Below, in pieces: positions 1 to 13,213 of a stretch of 64,000 nt of DNA. Within the stretch, counting starts at the first letter, position 1; each line of letters begins with the position of its first letter. A model generated the notes under the pieces. The model was not told the DNA's origin, searched no databases, and saw nothing but the letters and a program-made list of their open reading frames with translations. The position numbers and the translations under genes were made by a program. The stretch lies in assembly GCF_009914755.1 (NCBI RefSeq), contig NC_060930.1. One strand, given 5' to 3'. The DNA comes from the human T2T-CHM13v2.0 reference genome, Homo sapiens.

Positions 1-5
1 AGCTG

Positions 6-79
6 ATTTTACATACGATGCAGCAGACATGGAGCATCACCCTCGAACAGCATGACATAGACCTGCCAGATGCTACAGC
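6..79 (+). repeat. Diverged direct repeat, copy 1 (74 bp)
   Basis: Ungapped match to 1654-1727, 63/74 identical. Confidence 0.85.
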
Positions 80-461
80 TGGGAGAGGGAGAGACCCTGG
101 CAGTCACCTAAACCCTTCTGTTCCAGATGTTAATGGATGTGATTAAGAAAGAGAATTCATACTCAAAAGTGTCTGGCAAGCACAGGGCTAAACACAGTTA
201 AACAAGTTTCTTTATTTATGGTTGGATTTGGGGAGTCTTTAATAGGCTAACATGTATTATGGATGTCTAAGAAGGGATTTCCCAGGATTTACTTGATAAT
301 AAAATAATTTTTTCATGAAGCATCTGATGAAACCCATTTTCCATAGAACACTGATTAAATTCAGTCATATTTTATATTTGGGGAAACTGAGGTTCACAGA
401 GGTGAACTGAGTTGCTCAAGCTAGTGGAAGAGGAAGGCTCCCAGTTCATCATGTCCTATAT

Positions 462-648
462 AGGCAGTTCTCAGTCTTTACCGTCCATCAACATACCCTG
501 GAGAGCTTGTTGAAACAGATTTCTGGGTCCCATCCCCAGAGTTTCTGATTCAGTAGGTCTAGGGAGGGGCCTGGAAACTTGCACCTGTAGCAAATTTTGG
601 GGTGTTGCTGATGCTGCTGGTCTGTGGCTCACACTTTGAGAACCCCTG
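462..648. mobile_element. MER5A-like hAT-Charlie DNA transposon
   Basis: Hallmarks cagagtttctgattcagtaggtct and gctgatgctgctggtc...cacactttgagaac, with cag..ttctca/tgagaa..ctg termini. Confidence 0.8.
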
Positions 649-1653
649 CCTTATAGCACCTGACTCTTATTAGATATTATGGCAGAAAACAGTTGAATCG
701 GGTTTCTTCTATATGGAGAGGTGTGACTGCCTGGAAGCAGAAGAAACATGAATAGATAGAGTAAGCAGGTGCCCTCATGATGGGATTTAAGGAGCTCTGG
801 GAGGCCAGCTCAGCCTTCCAAACTCTTCTACCCTTCCTGAAGGTTTTCCTTCCCTTTGTCACCTTACCTGGAACCCTACCCAATGGAGATTCATCATGGT
901 TCTTGCTTTCCTTGTTTTTATCTTGTTGCGTTTTACAGTGTAAATCTCCTGGGAGAGTTGAAAAAGATCATCAGTCACTCACACTTGAGTGAGACTTAGT
1001 TACATCAGATTTCCCTTTGTACCTGGCTGAGAATACTGTCAACAGAGAAAGAGATTTTTGACTGGGTTGGGGAAATTGCACTTATGTTTGGAGGATGAAA
1101 GGGGACTTTCAAATGGGTTGCTGGGTGCCTGGTGAGTGAGCGTGACAGGAGATGGCATGCTGCTTTGGGTTGAGCTGCGCTTTCACGCTGTCTCGTAAGT
1201 ATCACTAGCTACTGAACTAGGAAGGAGGGGAGGATGCAGATTTTCCTGTTGGATCCCAGGAGGACTTTCCTCATTCCCCTATGGGAATCTGGGGTAGTGG
1301 GGTAGTGGGGCAGATACAAATGACTCCCAGGGTCCCTGTTGACTAGGGAAGCTCCTTTGGGTGACAAAATGCCAGGATCTGATGTTGTCTGAGTGCTGGG
1401 TGGTCTGTCCCTGTGCTGTGCCCTGTGCTCATGGGAACATCTGCCAGCTTCTTTGCTGAATTCTGTTTACTAAAGAGCTGTTGGTTTATTCCCTGGGACT
1501 GTAGCAAAAGCTGCTGCTTCCTCTTTCTGTCTCCCTCTGGTTTTCTTTTTCTCTTTTTCCTCTTGTCAGCCTCTCTGTGTTTTGCCCTGTTTCCAGTCAC
1601 AGTCTCTCTATGGAGGCAGATGGGAAGAAACTTCTCTGGACAGGAGATTTAAC

Positions 1654-1727
1654 ATTTTACATATTCTGCGGCAGAGATGGAGCATCACCCCCAAACAGCA
1701 CGACATAGACTTGCCAGACGCCACAGC
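1654..1727 (+). repeat. Diverged direct repeat, copy 2 (74 bp)
   Basis: Ungapped match to 6-79, 63/74 identical. Confidence 0.85.
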
Positions 1728-2639
1728 ACCTGGACTACAACTGTGCCCATTTCCAGGGGTGCCATTTGCATAGAGTTGCATCAAAATGTTACCCTGCCCA
1801 AGTCATGATACTTGGGTGGCTGTGGCCAGTGCCTTCCCTAATCTCTGCCTTTAACTAATGAGGAAGAATGAGGATGGGATGAGAGTAGAGGTGGGATGAG
1901 AAAGAGTAGAGACCCCCTTCCGCAGACCCAATACCAGGAAAAATTGCAATTCCCTTTCAATTTCTTCTCAGCTGCCCCAGGGTAACAGGTGGCCACCCTT
2001 AAGATCAACCTCAAGTAGCATAAGGATGGGAAATTCAGACCCCTGGAATGCTGACTGGGAATATACTCTGGGTCCAAGATTTGGGGCTGCCCATAGCTTT
2101 CAGAGTACTCAGCTCACTCTATATCTAGGACAGTGATATCTGGAGGGCAATTGACATCTGCTACCCCAGTTACTGAATCCTTTAAAGAAGAGTTTTAAGG
2201 CTGTCTTCTCCTGGTACTCCTGTCTTTTGTTTCTAAAGTACAGGGTGGTGGACAGCAAGGACTAACAGCCGAGGAGAAGTGTGGAAATCATTTACTACAA
2301 GTCTCCCAGAAGAATGCAGAATTTCGGATCAAAGTTAGAATGGACCTGTCAGGCAATATTTATCCTTCCCTTTCTGAGTTCTGATGACTGACATTGTTCT
2401 GTTTTCATTATTGGCCCTCAGAAGCAATTGTTTTAAAAAAATATTGTCTAGACTTGAAATTGAGTGAATATGACATTAATTACAGAGGCTTTCCTCTGAA
2501 TGTCTCTTTGCCAGCTGTGTTCTCTGTGCCTGAGCTGCTGGTGGCTCCCGGGAGATGTGCATGGTGAAGAAGGGAATGGCTGGTGTCAGAGACCTGCTGT
2601 ATGAAGGTTCTGGACTCTGCCTTGAACACAGGTCCCAGG

Positions 2640-2790
2640 TCCTCACATTTCACCCTCACAACAACCCTATAAAGTTGGTTCAATTTTCCCTGTTTTACAG
2701 CTGCAGAAACCCAGGCTTGGGAAACTTAGATACTATGCTCAAGTTCAGACCCAGGTCAACCTAGTTCTGAGATGCGTGTTCTTTCCATCT
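2640..2790 (+). mobile_element. MIR SINE fragment
   Basis: cctcacaacaaccctat...ttttacagctgcagaaacccaggct core similarity. Confidence 0.6.
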
Positions 2791-3009
2791 ACCAGGTAGC
2801 AAGGTAGCTTGGAGTGAGACAGGCTCCATTTAGTAATGGATTCACTTACATTACTAATTCATAGTACACATCTTTAAGGCAGTTTTTCAAATGTGAATCC
2901 CTCCATTACTAGGCCACAACCTCCATATAGTGGGTTATGATGGCCAGCATTAAAAAAAAAAAAAAAAAAAAACTAAGAAAGAAACCAGCATGTGCAAGTA
3001 TGTAAGTAG

Positions 3010-4010
3010 TACAGGTTGTGTGGGTCTAAACCTTACGTGATTCAGAGGGCCCTATTTATGAAAAAGGATATATAATTATGGTACTTTTTTTAGAATGAAA
3101 ATAAAATCACAAAAAATCAGGAGTTTTAAAAATCTGACCACAAAATCCAGACAACAGCATACTATTTTTATTAATTAACAGTTTGACACACTCTATGGTA
3201 CTAGCTATCCTACATTTGTTGGCTGAATACTTTGATCATATCTTCATACAATAACAATGTTGTAATGTTTTCTATAGAAAGATAATTTGATCTTTACCTT
3301 AGCATCATTGATTGAGACTTTTACAATCATTGGTAGAAAAGTTTCAGTATCACAACTTGCATTAATAGTGTCATTCAACATTTTAAGACTGTTGTCAGAT
3401 TTGGGAAAATCTATCAAGTTTCCTTCATACATGAACGTGAGGGCTTGGAAGAATTTTCCACAGACTAGCTTCTGGATTTACACATTTCAAAACCTGTTTC
3501 TCCTCCACTACCATGTATTTTTCAGCGATGGGTATCCCAGAACATGTTCACATAGCGCTAAGACCATTAAGCCTGAACTTTTGCATCGTAACACTTAAGG
3601 GTCAGCATGGTGGTCAATGGAAATATTCCCACAAGTCATTCCTATCTTGGGAGGTACTAGCAGTAACTTAACCATACAAAGAAGAGACTGTGAAATGTCT
3701 TTCTCTCTGTCTATTTCTCCAGATCCCACTACACCCAGGCTACAAATATCCCCAATTTCCCATCTCAACTTCTGTTTAGTTGGCTCCTCGAAATTCCCAA
3801 GGGCATCCTAGCACTACCCAACACATGGAAAAGACTCATTGGGGAAAAACTGGAATGGAAAGAGACAACAGTCTCCGGATCTTATTTTTTCAAATGATTC
3901 AAAAACAGATAACTATATGAACACCTCACATGGGCCCTTCCCAAGGCCTTGTGCATGTGAGTGTCCCTGAAGCTTAGATTTCACTAGCTTTGTCATGTAT
4001 GTGCATGCTG
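3010..4010 (-). mobile_element. hAT-Tip100 (Zaphod/MER115-like) fossil with a transposase C-terminal remnant
   Basis: Terminal motif gctagtgaaatctaagcttcagggacactcacatgcacaaggcc on the minus strand. Degenerate hAT dimerisation-like peptide fragments at ~3220-3430. Confidence 0.55.
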
Positions 4011-4163
4011 GGAGCCTTTCTACTAAGGGGTAAGACAGAATTACTGATGAAAACATGTTTTTTTCCCTCAGATGTGCAAGGGTGACAGCAGGATTGTGAA
4101 CCAGAGCTTTGGAGTTTATAAAATGCCAATCTTAATGCTCCAAAGCTGGAGCTCTTTCTAGTT

Positions 4164-4358
4164 CAGGAGCAAGCAAAGGATCCTTTTCTGTAAAGGATCA
4201 GATAGCAAATATTTCATGCTTTGTGGCCACATGGTCTCAAGTGCAATCACTCACCTCTACCTTTGTATTGCAAAAGCAGCCCTAGAGAATACGTAAATAG
4301 GTAGTGTAGCTATATTCCAATATAACATTACTTAGAAAAACAGGGGTAGTTGGATGGC
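4164..4358 (+). mobile_element. MER58A-like hAT-Charlie element
   Basis: ttttctgtaaaggatcagatagcaaatattt...gcaaaagcagccctag...aaaaacagg hallmarks. Confidence 0.7.
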
Positions 4359-5478
4359 TCCTGTTCTAGTAGATCTCCCTTATGATGAAAGTTCCCTGTA
4401 TTGAGGATGGGAACGTCATCATGGAGAGGGTGTGTGGCTTCCATTGCTGCCATCTGAGGCAGTCATTGCTGGCTCTCACCATCTTTTGGTGACTTTGGAG
4501 CAGGAGGGTTTTAAAGGAGAAAAGAGAGATGGCTTGTGAGATGAACAAGGTCAAGGAATTTTTAAGTGCACAGATTTTGTTTCTTTCTCCCATCTTTAAG
4601 TCAATCATAGACTAAGATATAGAGCAGACATGTGGCTTTTTGAGTCCAAGCATGAGTCACTTCACTAGATGTGACTGAAATACTAATATTAAGTTAATCT
4701 AATGTGTTCTTTAAGTTTTTGAGAGCTCCAGTGAACCTTCTGGTACTGAACCTTGTCATTCATACCCACCACCTGTGGTCCACATCCATTTCTACAGCAT
4801 ACATGTTCACATTACCAACATCTTAATTTTCCTAGGTCAGAATATTAAAATGATTAAGGTAAAGTTTCTGAATTTGTCTTCTTGAAGAGAAGCCTTGCAG
4901 AAGAAACCCAAAACTATTGTTTTTTTTGCTTTGGAAACTTCAAACTATTTCATCAAATCACTATGATTATTGTATACTTCAGAATTAAAATCAGGAATAA
5001 ATTTTAGTATTACTTTCCCTCTCTCTTTTCTCTTCTCTCTCATTTTAACTGAGTTATAAGAAAGGACTTGATTAAATAAAGTGGAAGGCATCATGTTGTA
5101 ATTTAAAGCATTTTGGAGTTCAATTTTCCTCCTGTATACATTCTCTTTATTATATTATATTTCCACTCCCACAGTTAGATGTTTAGCATCGGTAACAGAT
5201 GCATATGTTACATCTAACATACACTGATGAGATAATGTCCAATATTAGTCTAAGAAGTTAGATAATGTTCAGTGTAAATAGTATAAAAATATTTTATTTA
5301 ACCCTTTAGGCACAAGAAATTTCATTTACCAGCCTTACCAAGAAAAGTAGGACTGGTAAATGATTAAATGATCATTGACATTTAATTTAAAGCAAAAAAG
5401 AGTAAGTTATGGATAATGATGAGTTCAGTAGAGAAGCCTACTGATTATAACTTATTTGTGTTTGCTTTTTGAATTTTT

Positions 5479-5774
5479 GTTTTGTTTTGTTTTGTTTTTT
5501 TTTTGGGCCGTAATTTCACTTGTTGCCTAGGCTGGAGTGCAATGGCTCACTGCAACCTCCGCTTCCTGGTTTCAAGTGATTCTCCTTTCTCAGCCTCCCG
5601 AGTAGCTGGAATTACAGATGCCTGCCACCATGCCAGGCTAATTTTTGTGTTTTTCATAGAGATGGGGTTTCACCATATTAGCCAGGCTGGCCTCGAATCC
5701 CTGACCTCAGCTGATCCACCCACCTTGGGCTCCCAAAGGGCAGGGGTTACAGGGGTGAGCCACCACACTGGGCC
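5479..5774 (-). mobile_element. Alu (AluS-type)
   Basis: Antisense Alu body with T-rich tail. TSD ttgaattttt at 5469-5478 and 5775-5784. Confidence 0.95.
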
Positions 5775-7158
5775 TTGAATTTTTTATTCTGTTTTTTTTT
5801 TATTTTGTGTGTTGGCTTTTAACTGCTTTCATGGAAATGATTAGAAATTTTATATTTCTTCTATGAATTGTACAGGACCTATCAGAAAGGCTGTGTCTAG
5901 AATTACACTTCTGATAAATGGTAGAATTGGGGGCAATTTGAGGCTTGAGTACCCTATCCAAGAATTTCCCCCATGACAAGTGAGTAAGGGCTCAGTGTTG
6001 GTTCTCAGATAGCCTGAGGATAGTGTAGGGTAAACAGCAGGGCCTCTGAATCAGCCTGAACTGGGATCACATCCTGTCCTGGCCACTTGCTGATGGTGTG
6101 ACTTTGGGCTGTAACTTATCTTTAGAACCTTTGTGTATCATGTGTGATTGGGAACATTAACATTCACTTTTCTTTTGTCTTTAAATGAGATTATGTCAGA
6201 ACATTCGATAAACTGTTAACTTACCGAGTTAGCTATACTTTTTTTCCCTCTATCTCAGTTTCTTTAAAGCAGGGGTTACTGACCACATTCCAGTTACCTG
6301 CATGGCTCTTGATGATCCAACAGACCCCAGATGAATGAAATCTAATAAATAATTGAAAATCAGATTGCTTGTCTCTAAGATCATTTGACTGTCCCCACAC
6401 CAACAGTGGGTACAAGTGAACCAGAAATCTTAGCTCTCCACTCAACAGCGTTTCATGTGTATATTTAGACATGTGGAGGGATGGAGGGGGTTTGTAACAA
6501 TAGATTATATTTTCACAGCCCTTTTACATTATGTTTTACAGAGCTTTTTATATATGTTTCTGATTTTATTATCTTGGCAACTCTGAAAGATTTTCAGCTT
6601 CAAAAATATTACACCACTTATAAAAGTGCATGCAGTTTTCAACTGGCAAAACCAAGGCTCAATCCCAGGCCTTCAAACTCCAGCTCCTTCCCAGTCTTCA
6701 GACTTTGCACTAAAATACAGCCGAAGAGGCTTTGTTATCTGTTTCATCAAGGTTTCTTCCCTCTAGGCAGAATGGTGATGGGAGGAGAAGAGGAGCGGGA
6801 GAAGAGGACCAGGGAGGTGATTGGTAGGAAGTTACCTGCTTCTATACTGCAGAATAAAGTTCTGGCTTTCCAGACAGCTGGAAGAGAGGACTAAGTTACT
6901 CAGGGCTGTCATCTGCAGCCTGAGAGCCCAGGGTCAGTGGTTCTTGGGTGTGTGGCTTTCCAGATTAGAAACATTTTCCCTAAAATTGGAGGATGAACAT
7001 GTGATTGCCAACTTTTTATTTTACTGAATGAGGATAGGACATAAAAACAAAAATGAAAACAAAGCAGACACTTGTTGTGTACAGCCAATATCATTTCAGT
7101 GAAGACATTTAACACCATGTCCCAGAAGGCAGAACATACTCTCATGATCTATCAACAA

Positions 7159-7651
7159 TTCTCTCCCTCTCTCTGGCCCTCCTTCCTTCCTTCTCTCTCT
7201 TACTTCCTTTCTCCTTTCCCTTCCCTTCCCTTCTCTCCTTTTTCTGTTTCTTTCTCTGTTTCCCTCCCTCTTTCTTTTTACCTCTTTCTCCTTTCTTTCT
7301 TTTCTTTCTTTCTTTCTTTCTCAGACTTCCTTCTCTTCTCTTTTTCCTCCTTCTTTCTTTCCTTCCTTCCTTCTCCTTCTTCCTTCCTTCCTCCCTTTCT
7401 TTCTTTCTTTCTCTCTCTCTTTCTTTCTTTCTCTGTTTCCCTTTCCTCCCTCCCTCTCTTCCTCCCTCCTCTCTCTTTCCTTCTTTATTTTTCTTCTTTC
7501 TTTCTTTCTTACTCTTTCTTTTTTCCTTCCTTCCTTCCTTCCTTCCTCCCTCCCTCCCTCTCTCTCTCTCCCTTTCTTTCTTTCTCTTTCTTTCTTTCTT
7601 TCTTTCTTTCTTCCTTTCTTTCTTTCTTTCTTCTCTCTCTCTCTTTCTTCT
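7159..7651 (+). repeat. Long polypyrimidine low-complexity tract (TTTC/TTCC/CT mosaics)
   Basis: About 490 bp of almost pure C/T. Confidence 0.95.
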
Positions 7652-8319
7652 CACTGCAGCCCACTCCATGAACTGGCTGTTGAGAGCCAGGACCAGAGCT
7701 CTCAGTCCTCCCTGGGAATGCATGCCTCTCCATTTTGGTAGAGGCTCCTGTGTAGGAGTGAACTAAACAAATTGTGTGTTTCTTGGAGTCTCTGAGATCT
7801 CTGTTTCCAAGAAATGTAAAGGATTTAAAATACTAGTGCACCCTGAAGTAAGAAAGCACACAGCAGAGCAGAGTCAGCCACCAAAGTGTTGAAATGTGCC
7901 CACTAAAAACAAAGGGGACCTACCTCTGCTCTTCCCAAAGGAGGTGCAAACAGCTCAACAGCCATAGAAAACATGAAGTCTGAGAACTACCCATGCACTT
8001 GAGAGCTCTGGAGGGGTCCTTGGTGAACCGCCTGGGTAGGTCCCATCAGGAGAGGGTGAAGGCTGTGTTGCTTGGAGAGCAACACTCCAAGTTGGACGTT
8101 TCCCTTTGCAGTGGGGAGATTGGGTTTCCCGCTGATTGAATTTAATGCTCAGGCAATCGCAGTTGAGCATGAATCACTTCATTTCCTTTATGTTGCCCCA
8201 CCTTCCTATCCACACCCCTCTACACACACTTAAACCACCCCCAAAGTGCCCAGAAACTCTCCACCAGAAACTTCCTGCAGAGTTTGTGAAGACAGTTTGC
8301 ATCCTACAGACTCACTAAA

Positions 8320-8460
8320 GTGTTGTCCATTGATGGCAGAGTTGGCTTTACCTGGAGGCTTATGAGAAGTGCCCCACCCCAGAACTAGCAAATCAGAATC
8401 TGCATTATAACTAGATTCCAGGTGACTCATGTACACATTAGAGTCTGAGAGATGCTTGTC
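8320..8460. mobile_element. MER5B-like fragment
   Basis: aatcagaatctgcatt...ccaggtgactcatgtacacattagagtctgaga motif. Confidence 0.6.
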
Positions 8461-9419
8461 TACAGCACCCTGGGTGTTAAAAGACCTCTGACACTGGCCT
8501 CTGCCCATAGGTGAAATGCAGTTGATAGTTTTCAAGAAATTAAAATAAAAATTCCTTTGCAAGTATAGAGTGAGCACGAGTCAAACATTTGTTGAACTTA
8601 TTAATCAGGGATTCTGCAGGATGCTAAAACTATTTTAAAAGAGAATACAAAAGATGGCAGTGTAGATAGTCAATGAAAGAAAAATTACTGAAATAAGATT
8701 AAAAACTTTAACTGTAAAACTAGTTAATGTGCTACAAGACAATAAAACAGTAACCTTTGGGGTTACCTTTTCTAACAGACAGAAATTGATTGCATTGCTA
8801 CCAGATAAAATTGTCATACAACCTATCAGCCTTCTACAGATTAGCATCTGACTTTACAGAATCTGGGCTCTTGATCAACACTAAATAAGTTAAAAATATA
8901 TCTCTCCAGGACAGAATCAAACAACTCCTTGGAAGGCTTGTTAGACAATGCTCTAGAATAACTCTGAAAGGGAAATGTGCTTTTTTCACATTTCAGGTAA
9001 CTTTTTAAAACATGGAGTATGACCAAAGAGGTGCTTACAAGCCGCCTCCTGGCACAGAGCATCTTCATCTCCCGCCTCCCCAGGACACGCATCTCATTCC
9101 AGTAGGCATCAATACTCCTCACGGGAGACACTTTGTGGTTAGAAAATAAGATCGAGGCAGTGCTTTCAGAGAGCACCCGTGAAGATGCACGTGGTTTACC
9201 TAGAAAAGAAATGAGAGGAATGAAAGCCTTATCTGTTTCTCTTCTTTCCACATGTTGACATGGGTTTCTTTAGCTGGTTGGCTACCATCATAGATGCCAG
9301 ACAGCTCAACTCTTGGGAGATGAGATGCAAGATGGTTAAATAACAATGAGAACCTGGATTCACAGAAAGGACAAGTTTTAGGTGTTTTGAGAGCCCCCAG
9401 TTAATTTGGGATTCCAGTA

Positions 9420-10162
9420 CCAGAGTGACAGGGTGGCTAGCAGCCCTGCCCTAATAGGAAATGAGGTAGAGCTGGACATAGTATTTATAGTGTGCCTTTG
9501 ATGGGATGTTTTTTTTACTTAGTGGAGAGCGCAACGCCTATTTGTCCTGCCCCAGATCAAAGGGTCCCTCACATGGGAACCTTGTTTATACTGGCAGATG
9601 CCCTTGTGGCTCTTGTCTGAGCTGGGACCAGTTCATGCTTGCCTGACCATCATTCTGGTGCTAGGAGCCCCTTCTTTTGTTCCTCTCCACAAGGCATTCC
9701 ATGCTGGGTGGGGGGAATTCTAGCCTGGGGCAGTCCCTGGTTCTCCAGGTGGAAAGCGCAAATTCAGTCCCCCACCACAATGGAAAACAGGTTCAAAGAC
9801 TTTCACTTACAGATCTGGACAGGGAGGGTGCAATGAATCTGGAGGGCAGTGCTCCATCCTTGGGTCATGCAAGGCAGAAGTGAAGAGTCAGGCAGGGAGA
9901 GAGAAGAAAGCTCTGCAACTAGCATCACAGATAAAGGAGTAGGGTGTGGGTCATTCAAATTAGAGGGCAAATGGCCAAATGCTCTCTTTAAAGGAAGGAT
10001 GGGAAAATGGGGAGCTCCATCTGCCAGGTGGGAGAGATGCCTCCGAGTTCTTGAGCCATTTGGGTGCTGTGTTGAAGTGGAAACTGTCAAGGTGACCGAG
10101 ACCTGTTTCTTGTACGAGAAAGTGAAATGGCAGAAATAGATGTCAAGGCAAAATAATTATCA
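9420..10162 (-). mobile_element. ERVL-class solo LTR (MER54-like)
   Basis: Minus-strand aagaaacaggtctcggtcaccttgacag and plus-strand cttgtttatactggcagatgcccttgtggctcttgtctg resemble the MER54 family. Named from memory. Confidence 0.45.
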
Positions 10163-12950
10163 GAATTCACAAGGATAGGAGTAGAAACCACAGATATGAG
10201 CAGGTCCCATGAGAGTCTTCCACATGGGCACCTGGGATCCATAGGTAATGGGAGCCTGTGGCCTAAGGCAGGCAGATTGAGGGAAGTCCCTGAGGGCCAA
10301 AAAGTGAGAGAGACAGAATTCATTCTTGTATCATCCACTCAATCTTTATTGACCAATTACTGTGTTTTGGGCATTGGGCTACTAAGATGAATAAAAATCA
10401 GTCTCTGTCTTCAAGGACAGTTTAGTCAAGGCATTTAAACCTGGGCTTCATGAGGGAACATCAGGAGGGTTCCTAAAATTATAAGCATAACTTTGCATTT
10501 ATGTTAATTTTTCTGGGGAGAGAATCTGTAACTTTTGTTAGAATCCTAGAATTTTTGTTATCTGCAAACAGAATCTAATGAGAGTTCAAGCAGAAATAAA
10601 ATTTTAAGAAGAGGGCTCAAACTGATAAAATACGCATCGTTAGCACCAGAGGCCAGCAAAGTGGGCACATGAATCTCTGTGGAGTAGGAGTCGTGCCGAT
10701 TTAAGAAGCTCTCTCATGGAGAGTCCAGTGAGCCTCCTGGTGTTGAGCACATCGTTGAGAACCCTGGCGACCTGGCTGAGCAATCATCACAGTCTCCCTG
10801 CTCCTTCTTCCTGAAAAAGTGTTTCTCCCTCCTCTCTGCTTTCCCAAGGCCCCATTCATCCTGCAGGGCCCCAATCCTCCATGGGGCTTTCCTAGAATTC
10901 TCCAGCCCTCAGAGACCCCTTTTCTCTGAACTTCCATGGCCCCTAACCTGCCTGCCCTTATTAATATTTCATGTCTTTCTTCTCAGTACATTTCAAGCAA
11001 TTTTAGAGCATGGAATGGAATGGAGGGTGCTGCTCCTTTATGTCTCAAAGCATTTGGCTCAGTGCTATTCATCATTGCTATTCAATGGTATTGTGATTTT
11101 ATTTTTTATTTTTTGGCTCTCTGGCCCCCTGTGTAGGAGAAGGGAGTCTCTTCCTGGGCTCCTACTGACAGGAACAGAAAATAGAGAAAGACATGGACAC
11201 AAACCAAAGGGAGTAAAGTGGTAACGACTAGAAATTCACCGTTGTGATTACAGCCGCCATTTTACTCCATTTCTAACTTGAAACATTTCCTTTGCAAATT
11301 GTTTGGCATGGAAACACTTCAAGGCTGCTTGAGGGAGGTGGAAAAGGAGATACACTAAAGAAAAATGTAGTTTAAAGAGGCAGAAACTATAAAAAGGAAT
11401 ACAAACGGAGGATTCCAGAGTAAAGCAAGAGGCTGTGCAAATAAAGACGAGGAGAAACTTCTCCAGACAACACGGGCTCATCGTTGTCCATGCATTGCCC
11501 ACAACTATGTTTGCACAAATATATCAGGGATATCAGGAATGCTATAATGATACTCCATCACCCATGGTTCTCGTTTTAACCACTGTAATAAGCAAAACAT
11601 ACAGAGCACACTGCTGGCCCTAAAGACTATAATTTTCTCTGAGGAGAAATATTGCAAAAAGGGAAAAAAAGAGAGAGAGAGAAGAAAACATGATATTTTG
11701 TTCAGTTTCTAAAAAAAGCATTTTTCCCCTTTCTCTGCTGCGCTTTCCTTTCATTAAACTGTCCTTAAGTGCTTTTAGAGAAAACTAAGTAGGCCACAAT
11801 TCTGGGCTGCTGACTGAACAATTATAAGTCTGGGAGCCTGCTGGGATGGCCAGAGAGAGGCCCAGGTCCCTCTCCTGAAATCCAGAGACCCTTGGGGGTT
11901 GTGCCAGTTGCGGCTGGACTCCTCACGTTGAAATGATTTCTCATTTTGAAGGAAAATCAGGGACATTCTTATCCCTATTAGTCCTCTGAGAACTTGGGCC
12001 ACTGCCAGATTTTATTGGAAAATTGCAACAAAAGAAATTAGAGATAGTGAGTTCTTATATTTGAAGGGTTACACTAGAGGCATATCGAAGCCAGATTATT
12101 TCCAGATCAGCTCTGCTTCATGAGTTAAAATATATTCTCTGCTTTTAAAATAGTCACAGTTCCTTAGATTCAGATTCTTACTGTTGACTATTGTTAGTTT
12201 CTCCCTCTCTGTCTCTCTCTGTGTGTGTGTATGTCTATAAGAAGTTGTTGTAAGTTTACTGTAGGGAAAGTTAAACAATAGAAAGATGAGTGAGCACACT
12301 ACCACTAAAGTTCAATGCAACTGGACATGCGTCTGTTTACTAGGGCCCAGGAGATGGCTGGGCACATGAAGGGACACCAGAGACACCCCAGAGGTCAGGA
12401 CACAGAACCTGCTGGAGGATAAGACAGATTATATATACTCAGGCATAAAATAATCATTGCAAAAGGCCTGACAACAAGTATGTTTGATGTTTGAGTCCTG
12501 CCATGATGTGAATGTCTGATTTCCAGGGACAGCCCAGCATGGAGAAAGAATCCAGGCTTGGGAGCAAGACATACCTGGTGTTGTGTTCTAGCTTTATTCC
12601 TTGTTGGTTGTGAGCTGGGCAAATTATGTACCCTCGTTTGGTTTTTGAGATGAATGAAATGTAGCATAGGATCTCCAAGTTGCTTCTTATTCTAAAATTC
12701 AGCATTTCCTCCTTTTCTAACTTTTCTGCAAATCTGGTAGTCTTTGTCCAGGTTATAAGTATAGCCTCAAGGTGGCAGGGGTGACGTGAAGTAGGTATGT
12801 ACCCTTTCTCTGTCCAAACCTTCCCTCTCTTCCCAGTACTCATATATCATCACATTCCACCCTGGCAATTCTTAATGTAGTGTCCTCATGTTCTGAAAGA
12901 AAAACTGTTTTTGGTGGTGGTGGGGTAAATGTTAGAAATGTGAAGAATGC

Positions 12951-13213
12951 CACTTTGGGAGGCTGAGGCGGGCGGATCACGAAGTCAGGAGTTCGAGACC
13001 AGCCTGACCAACATGGTGAAACCCCGTCTCTTCCCAAAATACAAAAATTAGCTGGGCATGGTGGTGAGCGCCTGTAATCCCAGCTACTCAGGAGGCTGAG
13101 GCAGGAGAATGGCCTCGAACCCAGGAGGCAGAGCTTGCAGTGAGCCGAGATCACGCCACTGCACTCCAGCGTAGGCGACAGAAAACAAACAAACAAACAA
13201 ACAACAGAAAAAA
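12951..13213 (+). mobile_element. 5'-truncated Alu with an (AAAC)n tail
   Basis: Starts at cactttgggagg. Flanked by similar aaatgtgaa(a)gaa sequences, consistent with a TSD. Confidence 0.95.

Noticed and set aside
7072-7723. Long ORFs of 199 aa (+) and 193 aa (-), F/S/L-rich or K/E/R-rich
   Set aside because: Translations of a stop-poor CT/GA low-complexity tract, with no gene structure.
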